A stretch of 64,000 nt of DNA from Camelus ferus (lineage: Eukaryota). The notes beneath the pieces were generated by a model. It was not told the origin of the DNA. It ran no database searches and worked only from the letters and a program-made list of their open reading frames with translations. The stretch covers positions 19,592,001-19,656,000 of the forward strand of contig NC_045716.1 in NCBI RefSeq assembly GCF_009834535.1, read 5' to 3'. Shown here piece after piece: positions 28,455 through 41,181 of this stretch (the stretch's first letter is position 1; every line of letters begins with the position of its first letter). A program made the translations under genes and the position numbers.

Positions 28455-28989
28455 GAATCACAGTGGAGCTGTCCCTTGAGCTGTGTTCAGGGAAGTGCAT
28501 GAAAAGCAAATCTGAAATACACAAGCTAGAGAAGTGATGAAATACCCAGGTAACCCCAGGCTACTAAAGTACCACTTCTTGGCAAAACAGCGATCACCTA
28601 GAGCTGATATTAGACTTACGGAAGATGCCTCCATATTCCCTCTGAGCAATTAGATCACGGACACATTCCTCTGTAGTCAGTTTTTGTATCCATAAATGTA
28701 GCCTCTTTCTCTCACACACACAATGTCTTTTTTTTAAATACACTTTAGTCTTCCCCTACAATGTGTGCTTTAAGACCATTAACTGTGCTTAATTCATGTC
28801 CCCCAAATAACTTGAAGAGTTACTATAATTAAAGAGAGACAGAGTTAGAGAGATTTGGGGATTGGAAGCAAATGCTCTTTCATGAAACAGACTAACTCTA
28901 ATTAAAAAAAAATAATTAAAATATTTCTTATTTAAATGTTCAACAAGATTTGTGAAGATAGTGTCTCTTAGTAAAAATACTGGCAAATA

Positions 28990-29365
28990 AGAAATACAAA
29001 AATAAAATAAATGGAAACATTGAAGCTAGATTGAATACTGCAGAAAATGAAAATAATGACTTGGAAGAAAGCCTGGAGGAAATATCCCAGAAAAAAAGGA
29101 GTCACATGAAAAAACAAAGATTAAATGAAAAGAAAGAAATATATAGCGAATATATTCACTTATTCTACAAACCATATATGTGATTACAGAAATTCCAGAA
29201 AGAAACAAAGCAGAGGAAAACCATAATTAAAGGAAAATTATTCCTGTGATAAGGGATACTTGAATCATCAGATCAAAAGAAACTGTTTCACATAAGACCT
29301 GTAACTAAAACTCCTAGAAGAAAACAGAGGGAAATCTTCTTGACATTGGTTTTGGCAATGACTCC
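28990..29365 (+). mobile_element. Old L1 ORF1/ORF2 fragments
   Basis: aaactcctagaagaaaacagagggaaatcttcttgacattggttttggcaatga is an ORF2 remnant. Boundaries approximate. Confidence 0.5.
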
Positions 29366-30689
29366 TTGCATGTAACATCCAAAGCACAGGTGTACAGTAG
29401 CCTCCCCAGGAAATCTGTATTCTTGTCCCCCTGGCAACCAGAATTCAAAACTGGTATGTTAGCATTCCTGTTTTCAGCAGCACGTGTTGGAAAAGAAAAT
29501 GGACCACAGGAGCAGAAGAATCCACCAAGAGTTCATGGAGTATGCGTAATACATAAAGTTATGCTACCCCAGCCCCCCAAAATTTGCTATTATCAGTTAG
29601 GTATTATACAACTTTTCAAACTAAAGGAAAACAAAAAGTTAAATATGATTCTATCTAATCTACAAGTGTATTGATTTCTACAAGTGTCGCAATGGATTTG
29701 ATATAGTGCAACTGTTTCTACTTTTATTGTGCATTTTTAAAAAAAGAAACAGGCAGAAGAAACTTTTTCTTACTTCCGAAAGCAATGAATTTACTGGAAT
29801 TAGAGAATAAACAGATTGTGCAAGTATGTCCTTCCACGCCACTGTCACTGATGCCCACCTGCCAACCATTTACTTGAGTTTCACTGTGGCAATTCTCTTC
29901 AGGATTCAAGTCCACAGTTAAAACTAGTCTGCAGGGTTAACAAAAGGGGGCACTGTCGTCATTCAAACCTTCATATCTCTAGATTTCCTAACACCTGGAT
30001 AAGGACAAATACAGGTTAATTAATTAAGTATTTCTTTTTCTAACAGCAAATTATCACTCTCCCTCCTTTTAATTTATGCTTTTCTTATAGAAATAATTTT
30101 ATTTCTAGAAATAGTGAACAGATGAACAAGAATGTCTGAAAAATAAACTTACCAAATGTTGCTGATCCTAAAAAGATTAGTTATCATAGAATAAAAACAG
30201 ATAATCTAGATTAAATTGCATACTCAAAGGAACATATAAATTGTTTTTTAGTATTGAATTCCTGTTATAGTAGTACATTCAAGAGAAACATTAAGGAAAA
30301 AATCTTCATTATTTTCAATGGTTTTCCTCTCTGCTGAGCTAATTTGGTTTTATACAAGCGGATACATTTCCACACACTGACAGGTCTCTCCATAGTCTGG
30401 TCTTGGAGTTTTATGTGAACCTACTGTGTAGACACATGACAAGAAAGCCATTAATGGTCAAGCCATTCATCTGCCCATCTGATATCTTCCATTTGGCAGG
30501 CCTCTCCCCCAAGAAGATGTTTTTTGATGAGTCATATTCTGTAGCATAAATCTATGTGGTAAAGGAGAAATTCCATTCACATATGATTATATAGGCATAT
30601 CGTGACATAGTGCTTCGCACTATGTATCACAATTACTTTGACTTCCAGGAACTACGTCAGTTATTACAAAATAATGGGTCTTTGAGTCA

Positions 30690-31095
30690 GCTGGAGATTG
30701 TCATTCTAAGTGAAGTAAGCTAGAAAGAGAAAGAATAATGCCATATAACATCACTCATATGTGGAGTCTGAAAAAAAAGGACAGTATGAACTCATCTACA
30801 AAACAGAAACAGACTCACAGATGTAAACAATCTTATGGTTACCGGGAGAAAAGGGGTGGGAAGGGATAAATTTGGGAGTTTGAGATTTGCAAATATCAAT
30901 CACTATATAAAAAATAGATAAAAAACGGATTTCTATTGTATAGCATAGGGAACTATAGTCAATATATTTTAATAATCTTCCATGAAAAAGAATATTAAAA
31001 TGAATATATGTATATATATGCATGACCAGGACATTATGCTGTACACCAGAAATTGACACATTGTAACTGACTATACTTCAATTAAAAAAAAAATG
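30690..31095 (+). mobile_element. L1 3' end with poly(A)
   Basis: ctggagattgtcattctaagtgaagtaagc...ttgtaactgactatacttcaattaaaaaaaaaa is a typical cetartiodactyl L1 3'UTR. Confidence 0.85.
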
Positions 31096-31999
31096 CCACA
31101 AAAAAACCAATGGGCCAACAGTGAAATCAAAGACAAAATCAGAAAATACCTCGAGACAAAGATTGTTCAGTTAGAATGAACATGGGAGAACAACCAGGCA
31201 AATTCCTTAAAAGAAGAATAATAAAGGAGGACTTGCCTTACTACATACAGAAAGGAATGGTAAAGCTACAATAATTTAAAAAGAGTGGTGGTGGCATAGG
31301 AATGAGACTGCACAGTACAGAAATAGACCAAAATAAGAGGGGAATGTAGAATTTAATAAGGAGGGCATTTCTAATTCATTGCCAAAAAACCCTCATAAAT
31401 ATTCAATAAAAATTGTTTACATAAAAAAAGAAATAGAGTTAGTTGGTTTACAATATATTAATTTCTGGTGTACAGCATAGTGTTTCAGGTATACATACTC
31501 CTTTTCATATTCTTTTTCATTATAGGCTATTACAAGTTATTAAATATAGTTCCCTGTGCTTGACTGTGAACCTGTTGTTTATCTATTGTATATTTAATAG
31601 TATCTGCACATCTTGAGCTCCCAATTTATCCCTCCACCCCCTACCCTTTCCCTCCTGGTAACCATGAGTTTGTTTTTTCTATGTCTGTGAGTCTGTTTCT
31701 GCTTTGTAAAGAAGTTCATTTGTGTCATCTGTTTAGATTCCACATATAAGTGACATCATATGGTATCTGTATTTCTTCCTGGCTTACTTCATATAGTATG
31801 ATAAGCTCTAGGTCCATCTGTGTTGCTGCAAATGGCATTATTTTATTCTTTCTTGTGGCTGAGTAGTATTCCATTGTGTGTGTGCCACAACTTTTCATCT
31901 AATATTCTGTTGATGGACATTTAGGTTGCTTCCATGTCTTGGCTATTGTAAAAAGTGCTGCTATGAACACTGGGGTGCATGTATCTTTTCACATTAGTT

Positions 32000-32309
32000 N
32001 NNNNNNNNNNNNNNNNNNNNNNNNNNNNNNNNNNNNNNNNNNNNNNNNNNNNNNNNNNNNNNNNNNNNNNNNNNNNNNNNNNNNNNNNNNNNNNNNNNNN
32101 NNNNNNNNNNNNNNNNNNNNNNNNNNNNNNNNNNNNNNNNNNNNNNNNNNNNNNNNNNNNNNNNNNNTNNNNNNNNNNNNNNNNNNNNNNNNNNNNNNNN
32201 NNNNNNNNNNNNNNNNNNNNNNNNNNNNNNNNNNNNNNNNNNNNNNNNNNNNNNNNNNNNNNNNNNNNNNNNNNNNNNNNNNNNNNNNNNNNNNNNNNNN
32301 NNNNNNNNN
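32000..32309. other. Unresolved bases (310 nt, with one called T at 32168)
   Basis: Seen directly. Confidence 0.99.
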
Positions 32310-32813
32310 CGTATTTGTTTAGGTTTTCTGCCCATTTTTGGATTTTTTTGTTTGTTTGTTTGTTATTGAGTTGTATGAGCTGTTAGTATATTCTGGAAAT
32401 TAATCCCTTGTCAGTTGCATTACTTGCAAATATTTTTTCCCACTCTGTAGGTTTTCTCTTCATTTCATTTATGGTTTCTTTTGCTGTGCAAAACCTTATA
32501 AATTTAATTAGGTTCCATTTGTTTATTTTTGCTTTTATTTATATTGCCTTGGCAGATTACCCTCGGAGAACATTGCTAAGATTTATGTCAGAGAATGTTT
32601 TGCCTATGTTTTCTTCTAGGAGGGTTCATTCTAGGGACACAAGGATGGTTCAACATACACAAATCAATGAAGGTGATACACCACACAACAAAAGAAAGGA
32701 CAAAAATCACATAATGATCTCAATAGATGCAGAAAAGTATCTGATAAAATTTAACATCCATTCATGATTAAAAAAAAAAACTGTTACCAAGATGGGTATA
32801 GAGGGAATATATC

Positions 32814-32944
32814 NNNNNNNNNNNNNNNNNNNNNNNNNNNNNNNNNNNNNNNNNNNNNNNNNNNNNNNNNNNNNNNNNNNNNNNNNNNNNNNNNNNNNNN
32901 NNNNNNNNNNNNNNNNNNNNNNNNNNNNNNNNNNNNNNNNNNNN
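32814..32944. other. Unresolved bases (131 N) inside L1 RT sequence
   Basis: Seen directly. Confidence 0.99.
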
Positions 32945-34217
32945 TTTGGAAGTCCTAGTCATAGCAATCAGGCTAGAAGAAGAAAGAAAGGGATTCAAAT
33001 TGGAAGAGAAGAGGTAAAACTCTTACTATATGTAGATGACATGATACTATATGTAGAAAACCCTAAAGGCTCCACGCAAAAACTGCTAGAGCTGATAACA
33101 AATCTTTGACATATTTTGCAGTAAAATGGGAAATTTAAAGAGTTCAGCAGCATCAACAGAAACAATTTGAAGGAAAACCCTATGTATGTTGTTGGAGAAA
33201 AAGACTTGGCATTCTTCCACCTTCTTTAGTATGACACACTTCTAAATTACATGTTTTCATAGAAATTATTCTATTTACTATTCATTAATTTATTCACAGT
33301 ATTTAACATGCCAGTAAATTGCCTTCAGTATTGTCCAATTTCTTGTGTCTTTGTAAGGATGAGGACCTATTAAGGTTCTTTTTTATATGGCATACTTTCA
33401 GTTCCATAGCTTAAATGGAGACTGTCTGATTAAATCATAATGATGACAAGAAAGGGGCCACCAGAATCTGTAAGTCTTCCATGGAGCACTGATTCCTCTT
33501 TGCTGTGGAGATCTAATGAGAAAAAAAAATGCAGAGATGCTCTGCTAATTGACCTCATGGGGGAAAAGATTGCTTTCTTTTTATTACCAAGGGATGAAGC
33601 CTCAGTGGCACTCATTTCCCCCTTAGCATTTTTCTTAAGATGGCTATGACAACCCTTCCAGAGAAGTTGACAGAACATTTCAGAATGCAGAGACCCAGGG
33701 AAAAGGAAGAGCTCTTCTGCATCTGGCAGAGGCGAGCTGAGGGTCACTGAGGTCTGGGGAGAAAGTATTCATTTCCTCTGTTTGGGATGAGACCCACTCT
33801 AAAGATTCAATTCATGAAGATTTAAGGAGGCTTGAATTTTGGCATTGGACTAGAAGTGCATGAGAAAGCTCCATCTTTGGAGCTCTGGGCTCTGGATATG
33901 TGCAATAAGAAATAGCCAGTTATTCAGACTTTACAACTGTCTAAGACATAAATGTTTATTTACACATTTCCTTCCTGCCAGTGTTACTTCTGGATTTTTC
34001 TGGCTTTAATTATATTTGTAAGTCTGATCCAAATCTACTTGTTAAAAAATAAGCTACTTTCAGGTGCTTAATACATGCCAGGGGTTGTGAAAAACTGAAG
34101 GTTGATCTTGCCTTAATAGAAGCTCATAATTTAGTGAAGTTAAACAAGTCACAGTAAGATATAGTCAGGGTTAGAGTAGAAGCCCTCTGTAGCACACTAG
34201 GGGGGCATAAACCCAGA

Positions 34218-34252
34218 TGTGTGTGTGTGTGTGTGTGTGTGTGTTGTGTGTG
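34218..34252. repeat. (TG)n microsatellite
   Basis: About 13 perfect TG units plus 4 after a one-base interruption. Confidence 0.95.
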
Positions 34253-35379
34253 AATGCAGGAGAGGAGAGGAGACCACAGCAACAATTGTAGGGCTGGGGG
34301 TAAGAGGCAATGGCTGAGCTGAAGCTTAAAGAAAGCCTAGGAGTCACTTAAGTGAAGAAGAGTACGAAGGCCCTCTAAGAAGAAGGTTAACATTCAAAAA
34401 GCAATGATCCAGGAGAAGTCACAGTGAACTCTGACAATGGCCACCGTGCAGCCTGACAGTGTGGCAGATGGGGACTGTTGGCTATGTGCATCTGAAGTTC
34501 AGGAAACATAACGTGTTCTGGAGATAGATATTTGGAAGACCTGAAAACTATGGAGACTGTGCGTTCATCAGCAATAAGAAAGGCGTGATCTTAGGGACCA
34601 CAGCAGGAACTTGGAGTACACAGCCATCTGAAGAACGGGTAAAGAGGATGAGGTTAGAGCACATAAATAGGAAAAGAGTGTTATAACAAAGCACCTTCCG
34701 TTCAGGAAGGAGGCCAACCTGGAGAGGGTGGTTTCATGACAGCCGAGGGAGAAAATCTTCAAGTCATAGTACTCAATAGTTCCTGATGCAAAAGTGTAGT
34801 CATAACATAATACCAAGCTTTCCCATTGTTTCCCAGTTATCATGCCACTGACACGTAGGACAGATGGCTTCTGTACGGTAGTAGAGAAAGAAGTCACACA
34901 GCAAGTGACCTGAAGAGCAAATAAGATAAGTGAGATGTTAGTATTATTCTTTCAGGAAGCTGTTCAAATAGGAAATAGCTAACATATTGAGCATTATTAT
35001 TAATACTAGGGACTTTGATACATTAATTCCTTTAATACTCATAACTCTGCACTGATATTTTTCAATTACAGAAGGAGATTCTGAGACTCAGAGACATTAT
35101 GTAACTTGCCTCTTTACTCAACTAATAAGTGGCAGAATGAGAATTCAGGCTCAGAATGTTTGATTTGAACCCACACTGCTAATCATCATGCTATCTTGTC
35201 TCCCAGATAAAAAGAAAATTAGAGATATAGGCAAATTGTTGGTTATTTTGGATCTGGGAATTGTCAAAACACAAAAACACCGGTAACCAAAGTACCATTT
35301 GCATTTATAGTGCATTGATTTCTTTCTCTGTTGGTTGAGCGTGCCCCCTTCCTCACTCACAGGTAGCTGTTCTGGGGAT

Positions 35380-36327
35380 ATGGAGAGTGAAAATCTGTCT
35401 GCAGTGACTGGGTTTATCTTCATTGGCTTCCCCCGACCCCGGGAAGGTGGCCTCCTGTACTTTTTCCCCTTACTTTTCATCTACACCTTTATTGTGATTG
35501 GGAACCTGATGATCTTCTTTGCTGTAAGGTTGGACACTCGTCTTCACAATCCCATGTACAATTTCATCAGTATCTTCTCATTCCTTGAGATGTGGTACAC
35601 CACAGCCACCATTCCTAAGATGCTCTCCAATCTGATCAGCAGTCAAAAGACCATCTCCTTCACTGGCTGCCTCCTGCAGATGTACTTCTTCCATTCACTT
35701 GGAAACACTGAAGGAGCCTTGCTGACTGTCATGGCCATTGACAGGTATATTGCCATCTGCAACCCCCTCCACTACCCGATCACCATGACTCCCCAACTAT
35801 GCACTCAGCTCTCTGCAGGCTCTTGTATCTATGGTTTCCTCATCTTCTTACCTGAGATTGTGTGGATTTCTACTCTGCCCTTCTGTGGTCCCAACCAAAT
35901 CCATCAGATCTTCTGCGATTTCACTCCCTTACTAAATTTAGCTTGTACCGATACATCTGTGATCTTGGTGCAAGATGTGGTTCATGCTCTCGGTATTCTA
36001 ATAACTGGTCTCATTATTTCTCTTTCTTACATCAGAATCATTGTTGTTATCCTGGGCATCCCTTCAGCTGAGGGTCGTAAAAAGGCCTTTTCCACCTGTG
36101 CTGCCCACATTGCTGTCTTCCTGCTGTTTTTTGGCAGTGTGGCCCTCATGTATCTTAGATTCTCTGCTACTTATACACCATTCTGGGACAACACCATTGC
36201 CCTAACGTTCTCTGTGCTCGCTCCCTTTTTCAATCCCATTATATATAGCCTGAGAAATAAGGATATGAAAGATGCTATTAAGAAGCTCCTTTGCTCCCCA
36301 AAGGTGTTTAATATATTTAGCATGTAA
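35380..36327 (+). CDS. OR6K3: Olfactory receptor 6K3-like, 315 aa, intact
   Basis: ATG at 35380 (MESENLSAVTGF), with acceptor ctcactcacag ending at 35362. All OR motifs intact. Upstream residues PSSLTGS resemble the recalled human OR6K3 5' extension, and the gene lies next to OR6K2. Orthology versus the 25515 paralog is uncertain. Confidence 0.85.
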   Translation: MESENLSAVTGFIFIGFPRPREGGLLYFFPLLFIYTFIVIGNLMIFFAVRLDTRLHNPMYNFISIFSFLEMWYTTATIPKMLSNLISSQKTISFTGCLLQMYFFHSLGNTEGALLTVMAIDRYIAICNPLHYPITMTPQLCTQLSAGSCIYGFLIFLPEIVWISTLPFCGPNQIHQIFCDFTPLLNLACTDTSVILVQDVVHALGILITGLIISLSYIRIIVVILGIPSAEGRKKAFSTCAAHIAVFLLFFGSVALMYLRFSATYTPFWDNTIALTFSVLAPFFNPIIYSLRNKDMKDAIKKLLCSPKVFNIFSM

Positions 36328-37384
36328 TTTAGGCTGCAGTCCTCTATACAAATGGAACTTCTTCATAAAATATTGACCCCAAAGAGACTAGAATTTCAAA
36401 AAACTATACAATTAGCCCAACTTGCTTCCTCATGAGCTGGTGAACAGACTGGTAAGGAAAGTTTTCTGAGGTTTCACACAGATGACCAAAATAACAATGC
36501 TGCTGCTTCCTTTCAAGATCAGCAGAATGGTTTTTATTTTTTCCCTGAATCTATAGTTTTGCTTAATTGATTTTAATTTACTCTTTCACTTAAAAATGGT
36601 TAATTGTACAAACATTAATTATGCTAATAGCTATCACCTTTACTACTCAATGTTTTTCTTTGCTATCTAATCTGTCTTTACTATACTCTTAGTGTCCTTA
36701 CAAAGCCCATGCAGTTCACTGAGAGGACGTGCTAACTCTCCATGACTAAGGGGGTTTCTCCAAGCCCTTTCAGTAAGCTAACTGCACATGAAGAAGAAGC
36801 AAGAATTCCTGGCACCCAGGCCATAGGCTTTACCTCCCTATTTTTGTTTCTTTTCCAGTCAGCCTTGCTGACATTTTAAGACACGTACTGGCGTGGTCGG
36901 CAAGTACTGCTGTTATGAACAGGGACATCATGGACTGTATTTGCTATTGTGTCAACTTCTATAAAGAGCAGTTGAGAAGACCTGATTCCTACCCATGGAA
37001 ACTTGCTATCATACATAGAATCAATGTAAAAGAGTGTTAAGATGCAATAAATGCATATATGTACGTCTATAGCCAATCAAATTTAGTAACAATTTAACCC
37101 ATCTCTTTAAAAAATTGTCTATTTTCCCTTCCATATTACTGCTAAAAATATATAGAATTTGTATAATAGTTTCAACATAATACATGTGTAATTTGATAAA
37201 TACGTTAAAACTCAAAATTGTGTACTAAACTTTATTCATGTTTCTGCAATGAATTTATAATCATCAGTTTAATTATGATAAAATATTTCACTGGTTGGAT
37301 GTACAAATTATTTCTCCATTTTATTTCTGTATATTGTTCTTTAAATTTTTATTTTATTTATATTTGTTTTTTTAATTTCAGAGG

Positions 37385-37950
37385 TTTTTTTTTAGTTGAA
37401 GTATAGTCAGTTTACAATGTTATGCCAATTTCTGGTATATTGGTATAATGTTTCAGTCATACATATACATACATATATTCCTTTTCATATTCTTTTCCAT
37501 TTTTATTACAGGTTACTGTAAGATATCGAACATAGTTCCCTGTGCTATACAGTATGAACTTGTTGTTTATCTATTTTATATATAGTAGTTAGTATCTGCA
37601 AATCTCGGACTCCCTTTCCACTCCCTTCCTCCCCTGATAACCGTAAGTTTGTCTTCTATGTCTTTGAGTCTGTTTGTTTTCTATGTCTGTGAGTTTGTCT
37701 CTGTTTTGTAAATAAGTTCATTTGTGGGTTTTTTTTTTTTAAAAATTCCACATATTATTGATATCATATGGTATTTTTCTTTCTCCTTCTGGCTTACTTC
37801 ACTTAGAATGACAATCTCCAGGTTCATGACGTTGCTACAAATGGCATTATTTTATACTTTTTTATGGCTGCATATACACAAACACATACATACCACAATG
37901 TCTTTATCCAGTCATCTGTCAATGGACATTTAGGTTGTTTTTTGACTATC
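37385..37950 (-). mobile_element. L1 3' end (antisense)
   Basis: Starts with ttttttttagttgaagtatagtcagtttacaatg. The minus strand encodes KQPKCPLTDDWIK. Confidence 0.85.
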
Positions 37951-38054
37951 ATCATTCTCATAATTATGGCAATTATCATATTCTTGCATAAAGTCTTTTC
38001 CATTTTTAAAAACTTCTGTTTCAATATAAATTTCAAGAAGCTGACTTATTAAAA

Positions 38055-38290
38055 GAAAATGTGCAGTGGGAAGGGATAGACTGGGATTTCAAAATTGTAG
38101 AATAGATAAACAAGATTATACTCTAAAGCACAGGGGAATATACACAAGATCTTATGGTAGCTCACAGAGAAAAAAACGTGACAATGAATGTATATATGTT
38201 CATATATAACTGAATAATTGTGCTCTACACTGGAATTTGACACACCATTGTAAAATGATTATAAATCAATAAAAAATGTTAAAAAAAGCA
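38055..38290 (+). mobile_element. L1 3' terminal fragment with A tail
   Basis: gtgggaagggatagactgggatttcaaaattgtag...ttgtaaaatgattataaatcaataaaaaatgttaaaaaaa. Confidence 0.75.
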
Positions 38291-38599
38291 AATGTGCAAA
38301 TATGTTTATAGCTCTTTGTAAAAATATTTCTTTTTAAATGGTTGCACAAATAATGAATTAATGGAACACTTTCAGTACAACTTCAATAGCATGGCAACTG
38401 ATGTGTAGATTAAATTAAAAGTCTAGTTATTCTGTGTAGCATATCATATTCTATCACTGGCAAGTTGAAATTATGACAACTGTCTGTAATAAGGGACTGT
38501 AATAAATTGAGCGGTTGGTCCCAGTTCACATCTCTGTAACAGATTAACAAATCTATAACTTTGCAATGAGCGGATTCATGGTTAGTAGTATATGCTTTC

Positions 38600-38940
38600 C
38601 TGCCCCACAAATTTGGATTGGCCTTTTCCTTTAATTCACTATTGGGATATCAGTAGATATTGTAGATATTGAATATGTGCCTTTGTAGTTGGGTTTGCCA
38701 CAGGTAGCTGCTTCCTTATCAGCATTGGACCCGTAAGAGGCCATGGCCCTGGGAGTCACTGGTTCAGAGAATGAGAGACATGTGGAGCTGACTTGAACCC
38801 AATCTGCCTGAAGCCTGGTGCCTGGAGATTGGAACCCAGAGTCCAGAGCCTGAAGTCAAGCCTAGCTCATCCTGTGTAGCTTACTAATAGACTCATGAGT
38901 CTGAGGATAAATGATTACTGTTTTAATACCCATGTGTGAA
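38600..38940 (+). mobile_element. MaLR (MLT1-type) LTR fragment
   Basis: gagagacatgtggagctgacttgaaccca...agactcatgag...ataaatgattactgttttaa resembles an MLT1 3' end. Confidence 0.5.
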
Positions 38941-40169
38941 GCACTTAATAAGTCACTATGCTCTGCTGTGTGTGGGCTTTGTCTGACATTGTACTATCTT
39001 GAGATACAAGGAATTTAATAACTAGTGCTAATTATCTGAATCTCAAGGTATTCTTTTGGGTTATAAATATTTCAGAATTGTATTATTAATTATGTTTCAA
39101 AATAATTCTATCATTTCCAGGAAGATTACTTACATCAAACGTGTAGTTATTTAACCATGCTGCTTGTTCTTTTGCATGTTAAAGAACTTTTACACATTAA
39201 AGGGATTTGAGATCATTTAGAAATAGGGCAGGGGCTGAGTAGTGGAAAGTAAAGAGATGCAAGGGAGTCATTCTTTGGAAGTTACATTCTCCTTCCTACT
39301 CTTTTTCTTCATTGTGTTTGTGGCTTAGAGTCAGCTTGCACTTAATCTGTGCTTGAAAATAAAGTTAAGGAATTAAAAATATTTCAAAGTAAAATTAAAG
39401 CTAAATACAAAATCTCTTCAAACCAGGTGGAAGTAAGAAATATGCACGATAAATTAAAGAATTGGAGACTATTCTACTTTCTTATTCTTGTTTGCTTGTC
39501 ATATGAACATAAGCACAATGTTTTAGATTAGTCTAAATGTGGTACAAAATTTATACTGATTCTGTATGATAGTCTCTGACTGGAAACTGCTGTTTCAGGA
39601 AAATCGGTGAGTATATCTTTGTCCAAAATTATTATACCATTTCTTATTATATTTATTTAGCTTATTTTGAGTAAAAAAAGTCATCATATTTAAAGAAATG
39701 GAATGAAGAAAATGAATTACATTTTATTAATTTTTTTATTCTCAGAAATTTTAGTGTATAAATGAAAGAAAATGGAAACAATCTTGATAAAAATAACATA
39801 CAAAACTATTAATTTGCTTTAACCTTTGAGACACTGTTCTGCCTGCCATTTCTCTTTCCTGAACTCTATGCTCAGAAAAAAAAAAAAAAAAGGCAAAACA
39901 GGGAGAGAAATCAACATCATTAACTAAAACACTGGCTCCAAATTTCAATGTGGAACTAGTAGTTGGAGCATATGGAAGGTCAATTGTTTTTCCTAAATTT
40001 GGCTGAATGGATAGAAATAAGTAAGCAAGATGTAAGACCAGATCCCTCTTTTTATTTTTCCATTAATCTTCCCTCTATTGCATTATCATTCTTCAAATCT
40101 GACTCTTGGAATTTCAGCTTTTTGATTCATTTAATTGATAATCAACCTGTACTGAAAAAGACAATGAAA

Positions 40170-40262
40170 ACGAATATGTGTGTGTATATGTAGGACTGAA
40201 ACACTATGCTGTACACCAGAAACTGACACATTGTAACTGACTATGCTTCAATTAAAAAAACA
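40170..40262 (+). mobile_element. Short 5'-truncated L1 tail
   Basis: ctatgctgtacaccagaaactgacacattgtaactgactatgcttcaattaaaaaaa, near-identical to the tail at 31035-31090. Confidence 0.75.
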
Positions 40263-41181
40263 AAAAGCTAATCCAACCAGAAATGCCACAAAAAAGGAGG
40301 TGAAAAAATACATTTATTCCAATGCCTCAAGCTCCAGGATGATGTCATTTGTCCTGGGTTAGAGTTACCTGGGATTGAAGTTCCCCTAATTACCAGCCTA
40401 AACTTTTTTCCTAATTGGAACCATTATAAGAATGATTTTTTTCCTACTTATCTCAATTCACCTGTGTAGAATTCCCAAGAGAGACCATCTCCCCATTCTA
40501 GCTATGCTTAGGAAAAGATACACATGTACACACAAAGTGGTGGGGGAGAGGGAGAGAGCTCTACAGGGAGTCAGATCTACGTATCAATGACTGATGAAGG
40601 AAGTAGACTTTAAATGGAGAACTCAGGGTAGGAATATAGCAGAAGAGCAAAGGAAGCTCGTCTCAGTAGCTCCGTAAGGTTGTCCACATCAGGGTAGGGA
40701 CAGATAGAGTCTTTACCCATGTTTATTCAAACTTTGGAACCCAACAGCAGCAAGGTCAGTGAATTACCTAATTTGGGAGAATAGGAGATATCCAGAGAAA
40801 GAAAAACACTCACGTGTAACAACAGATAGCCCCAGTGTGCATGTGAATACTGTGAGTAACTGTTGGGGAGGTTGGACAAGGAGGAATTAGGAAAGATTGT
40901 TATAGGGCAAGTTAGTGCAAAGCATAAAGGTTTCGGTTATTAAATTTCCCAGGAAATGAGTGAGATACAAATGAGGCCAAAGCTCATGGGATCGCTTTAA
41001 AATAACAAATGAGAATTGTGATTGATTTCTAAAATGTTCCAGAAATCACTGTTTCAAGAATCAAGGGAGATTTCCAGTTCCCTATCGGCATTAGTGTCAT
41101 TGACATTTGCACCAGACTTAATATTACTAAGTTTTGAATAAAGGCAGAGGGGTGTTTGATGGGGAAACATCAAACCTGGAG

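Larger units (their letters stand above)
31430..33110 (-). mobile_element. 5'-inverted L1 (3' part on minus strand 31430-32620, RT-encoding part inverted on plus strand 32621-33110)
   Basis: The minus part runs from LEENIGKT-like ORF2 sequence to the 3'UTR. The plus part encodes a degraded RT core (GWFN...DAEK...[32 protein letters not shown]). Two internal N-runs. Confidence 0.8.

Noticed and set aside
29941-29955. Possible CTCF site caaaagggggcactg
   Set aside because: It matches only the 3' half of the motif and has no other support.
31939-33109. ORFs of 100-135 aa in the track
   Set aside because: They are open only because they span N-runs inside a decayed L1.
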